A stretch of 64,000 nucleotides of DNA from an uncultured Actinomycetota bacterium. GTDB taxonomy: Bacteria; Actinomycetota; Actinomycetes; Actinomycetales; Dermatophilaceae. The stretch spans positions 236,670 to 300,669 of the forward strand of contig CAVOGI010000002.1 in NCBI GenBank assembly GCA_963695205.1, read 5' to 3'. Of the stretch, positions 61,055 through 64,000 are shown piece after piece; positions within the stretch are counted from its first letter, which is position 1, and every line of letters starts with the position of its first letter. Made by a program: the position numbers and the translations under genes. The notes beneath the pieces were generated by a model. That model saw only the letters and a program-made list of their open reading frames with translations, was not told where the DNA came from and did no database searches.

Positions 61055-62177
61055 GCGTGGCCGACCGCCGGCGCGACGTGGCTCGCGCCCGCCGGCTCGT
61101 CGTCAAGGTCGGCTCGTCGTCGCTCACCGCGCGAGCGGCGGGCCGCTCGACGAGGCCCGGCTGGTCGGCGCTCGTCGACGCCCTCGCCGCGCGCCGGCTG
61201 GCCGGGCACCAGGTCGTGCTCGTCTCCTCGGGGGCCATCGCGGCCGGCATCGGTCCGCTCGGCCTGGCCGCCGCCCGCGCGACCTCGCGACCCAGCAGGC
61301 CGCGGCGAGCGTGGGGCAGGGAGCGCTCGTCGCGGCATACCAGCGGCGTTCGGGGCCCACGGGCTCACGGTCGGACAGGTGCTGCTCACCGCCGACGACG
61401 TGACCCGCCGCTCGCACTACACCAACGCCCGCCGCACCCTCGACCGGCTGCTCGAGCTCGGCATCGTGCCCGATCGTCAACGAGAACGACACGGTGGCGA
61501 CCCACGAGATCCGGTTCGGCGACAACGACCGCCTCGCCGCGCTCGTCGCCCACCTCGTCCACGCCGACGCGCTGGTGCTGCTCACCGACGTCGACGCGCT
61601 GTACGACGGCCCGCCCGAGTCGCGCGGGCAGCGCGCGGGTGCCCGTCGGTCGTGGGCGACGACGGCCTCGACGACGTCGCGCATCGGTGGCACCGGGTCC
61701 AGCGTCGGCAGCGGCGGGATGGTGACCAAGGTCGAGGCGGCGTCGATCGCGAACGCCGCCGGCATCACCACGGTGCTCACGAGCGCCGACCGCATCAGCG
61801 CGGCGCTGGCCGGTGACGACGTCGGCACGGTGTTCGTCCCGACCGGTTCGCGGCGCACGTCCCGCAAGCTGTGGCTGGCGCACGCGACCACCCCGCGTGG
61901 CCGGCTCCTGCTCGACGACGGTGCCGTGCGGGCGGTCATCGAGCGGCGCACCTCGTTGCTGCCGGCGGGGATCACCGCGGTCGAGGGCACCTTCTCCGAC
62001 GGCGACCCCGTCGACCTGTGCGCCGCCGAGGGCACGGTCATCGCCCGGGGACTGGTCAACTACACCTCGGCCGAGCTGCCGGGCATGCTCGGCCGGTCGA
62101 CCCGCGACCTGGCCAAGGAGCTCGGCCCGGAGTACGAGCGCGAGGTCGTCCACCGCGACGACCTCGTGCTGCTCTGA
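61051..62177 (+). CDS. proB: Glutamate 5-kinase, frameshifted
   Basis: [42 protein letters not shown] domain ..HRDDLVL. Confidence 0.95.
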
Positions 62178-62182
62178 GGCCG

Positions 62183-63058
62183 TCAGCTCGGCATCAGCGC
62201 CGGGCCGCTCCTCGAACCGCTCGTCGGGGTGGGCAGATCGCTCCTGGGCCGCGATGATCTGGATCTCGCGCTCGCCGGAACGGGCGGTCTCCTCCAGGAC
62301 GCCCCAGACCGAGGACGCGGTGCGGGCCAGGGCGATGCGCCGGAACGCCGGTCTCGAGCAGGTGGGCGAGGAACAGCGCGGCCGTGAGGTCGCCGGCACC
62401 GTTGACCGTGATCGGGAAGCAGCGGGGTACTGACCAGCCAGGCCCCGTGCCGGTCGACGGCCAGCATCTCCAGGGTGTCCTGCCCGGTGCCGTCGTGGAC
62501 CACGGAGGTGACGAGGACGGTCGCCGGACCCATGGCCCGCGCAGGTCGCGACTGCCGCCAGCGATCTCCGTCGAGTGGTGCGCGCTCGCGCGCCGGTGAG
62601 GAAGTCGAGCTCGAAGTGGTTGGGGGTGACGATGTCGGCCGGGGGATGACGTGGTCGCGCAGAACTCCGGGATGCCGGGTCGCACGAAGAAGCCGCGCCC
62701 GGTGTCGCCCATCACCGGGTCGCAGCAGTACACCGCGTCGGGGTTGGCTGCCTTCACCCGGGCCACCGCGTCGAGGACCACCGTCGCCGACCTCCTCGGC
62801 TCCCTGGTACCCGACAGCACCGCGTCGCAGCGTCCCGGGACGCCCGCGCTCCTCGATGCCGGTCAGCACCTCGCGCAGGTCCTCGGCTGCGAGCAGCGGA
62901 CCCCGCCACTGGCCGTACCCGGTGTGGTTGGAGAAGTGCACCGTGACGACGGGCCAGACCTCGATGCCGAGTCGCTGCAGCGGGAAGACCGCGGCGCTGT
63001 TGCCGACGTGCCCGTAGGCGACGGAGGACTGGATCGACAGGATGCTCACCCCGGCCAT
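62183..63058 (-). CDS. pdxY: Pyridoxal kinase, frameshifted
   Basis: [51 protein letters not shown]. Confidence 0.92.
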   Translation of the reverse strand: MAGVSILSIQSSVAYGHVGNSAAVFPLQRLGIEVWPVVTVHFSNHTGYGQWRGPLLAAEDLREVLTGIEERGRPGTLRRGAVGYQGAEEVGDGGPRRGGPGEGSQPRRGVLLRPGDGRHRARLLRATRHPGVLRDHVIPRPTSSPPTTSSSTSSPARERAPLDGDRWRQSRPARAMGPATVLVTSVVHDGTGQDTLEMLAVDRHGAWLVSTPLLPDHGQRCRRPHGRAVPRPPARDRRSGASPWPAPRPRSGASWRRPPVPASARSRSSRPRSDLPTPTSGSRSGPALMPS

Positions 63059-63113
63059 TCAACCAGCGGGACAAGCGTCCGCATGCCGGGCACCGCGGCA
63101 TACCCTTGACGGC

Positions 63114-64000
63114 ATGGGTGAGGGCGCAGTCGAAGACCGGCAGACCATCGATCCGGCCGCCGTCGCGCAGGTCGCCACTGCGGCTCGCGCCGCCCGTCAC
63201 GGCCTCGCGCCGGCTGGCGCTGCTGTCACCGCGCCGAGAAGGACGCCGCCCTGCGCGCGCTCGCCGACGCGCTCGACGCCGCCACGCGACCAGATCGTCG
63301 CCGCCAACGAGCGAGGACCTCGCCCGCGGGCGCGAGGCCGGGATGGCTCAGGGCCTGCTCGACCGGCTCGCGCTCGACGCCCGCGCGGGTGGCGGCCGTC
63401 GCCGCAGGCCCTGCGCGACGTCGCGGCCCTGCCCGACCCGGTGGGGGAGGTCGTGCGCGGCTCGACGCTGGCCAACGGGCTGCAGATCCGGCAGGTTCGG
63501 GTGCCCGATGGGCGTGGTCGGCATGGTCTACGAGGCGCGCCCCAACGTGACGGTCGACGCCGCCGGCCTCGGCCTGAAGTCCGGCAACGCCGTGATCCTG
63601 CGCGGTGGGTCGGCCGCCGAGTCGACCAACCGCGCGCTGGTCGACGTGCTGCGCGACGCCCTGGCGGCCAGCGGCCTGCCCGCCGAGCGGTCACGCTGCT
63701 CGAGGGACGGTCGCGACGCCGTCCGCGCGCTGCTCACGGCCCGCGGGCTGGTCGACCTGATCATCCCGCGCGGGGGAGCCGGGCCTGATCCAGACCGTCG
63801 TCCTCGAGTCCACCGTTCCGGTCATCGAGACCGGCGATCGGCAACTGCCACGTCTACGTCGACGCCGCCGCCGACCTCGACAAGGCGCTCGCGATCGCCG
63901 TCAACGCCAAGACCCAGCGCCCCAGCGTCTGCAACGCGGCCGAGTCGCTGCTGGTCCACGAGGCCGTCGCCGCGCGACTTCCTGCCCAAGGTGCTCGCGG
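63114..64000 (+). CDS. proA: Gamma-glutamyl phosphate reductase, frameshifted, runs off window
   Basis: [55 protein letters not shown]. Confidence 0.95.

Overview
High-GC (about 72% by eye) actinobacterial chromosome. Gene content and order suggest Micrococcales, possibly Intrasporangiaceae (inference). The window is mostly core genome. In order: a polyamine-type ABC transporter with a saccharopine-dehydrogenase-like gene, an agmatinase-like gene and gabD; a stand-alone DnaB-C-only ATPase; dxr-rip-ispG; an amino-acid ABC operon; proS; a ferric-reductase/FMN-binding/ApbE flavinylation operon; dctA with a CitA/CitB-type two-component system; rimP-nusA-ylxR-infB-rbfA-truB-ribF; an orphan rodA; a FadD-like ligase; TIGR03960/TIGR03936-like genes with rne-rplU-rpmA-obgE-proB; pdxY; and proA (truncated by the window edge). 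Many genes, including essential ones, are frameshifted in three blocks (about 1-8.9 kb, 38-48.5 kb and 59.8-64 kb), most likely from long-read indel errors. No rRNA, tRNA, CRISPR, IS or prophage was seen. The best leads are non-annotated. (1) A chain of ATGA-overlapping micro-ORFs plus mutually exclusive hairpins, one occluding the Shine-Dalgarno, directly upstream of infB: a candidate reinitiation-sensing IF2 autoregulator. (2) An octamer CGGCATAC/GTATGCCG, roughly 10-fold over-represented and strand-unbiased, which overrides codon bias. (3) A leaderless Cys-containing leader peptide and attenuator before the amino-acid ABC operon. (4) A degenerate DnaB-like ATPase.
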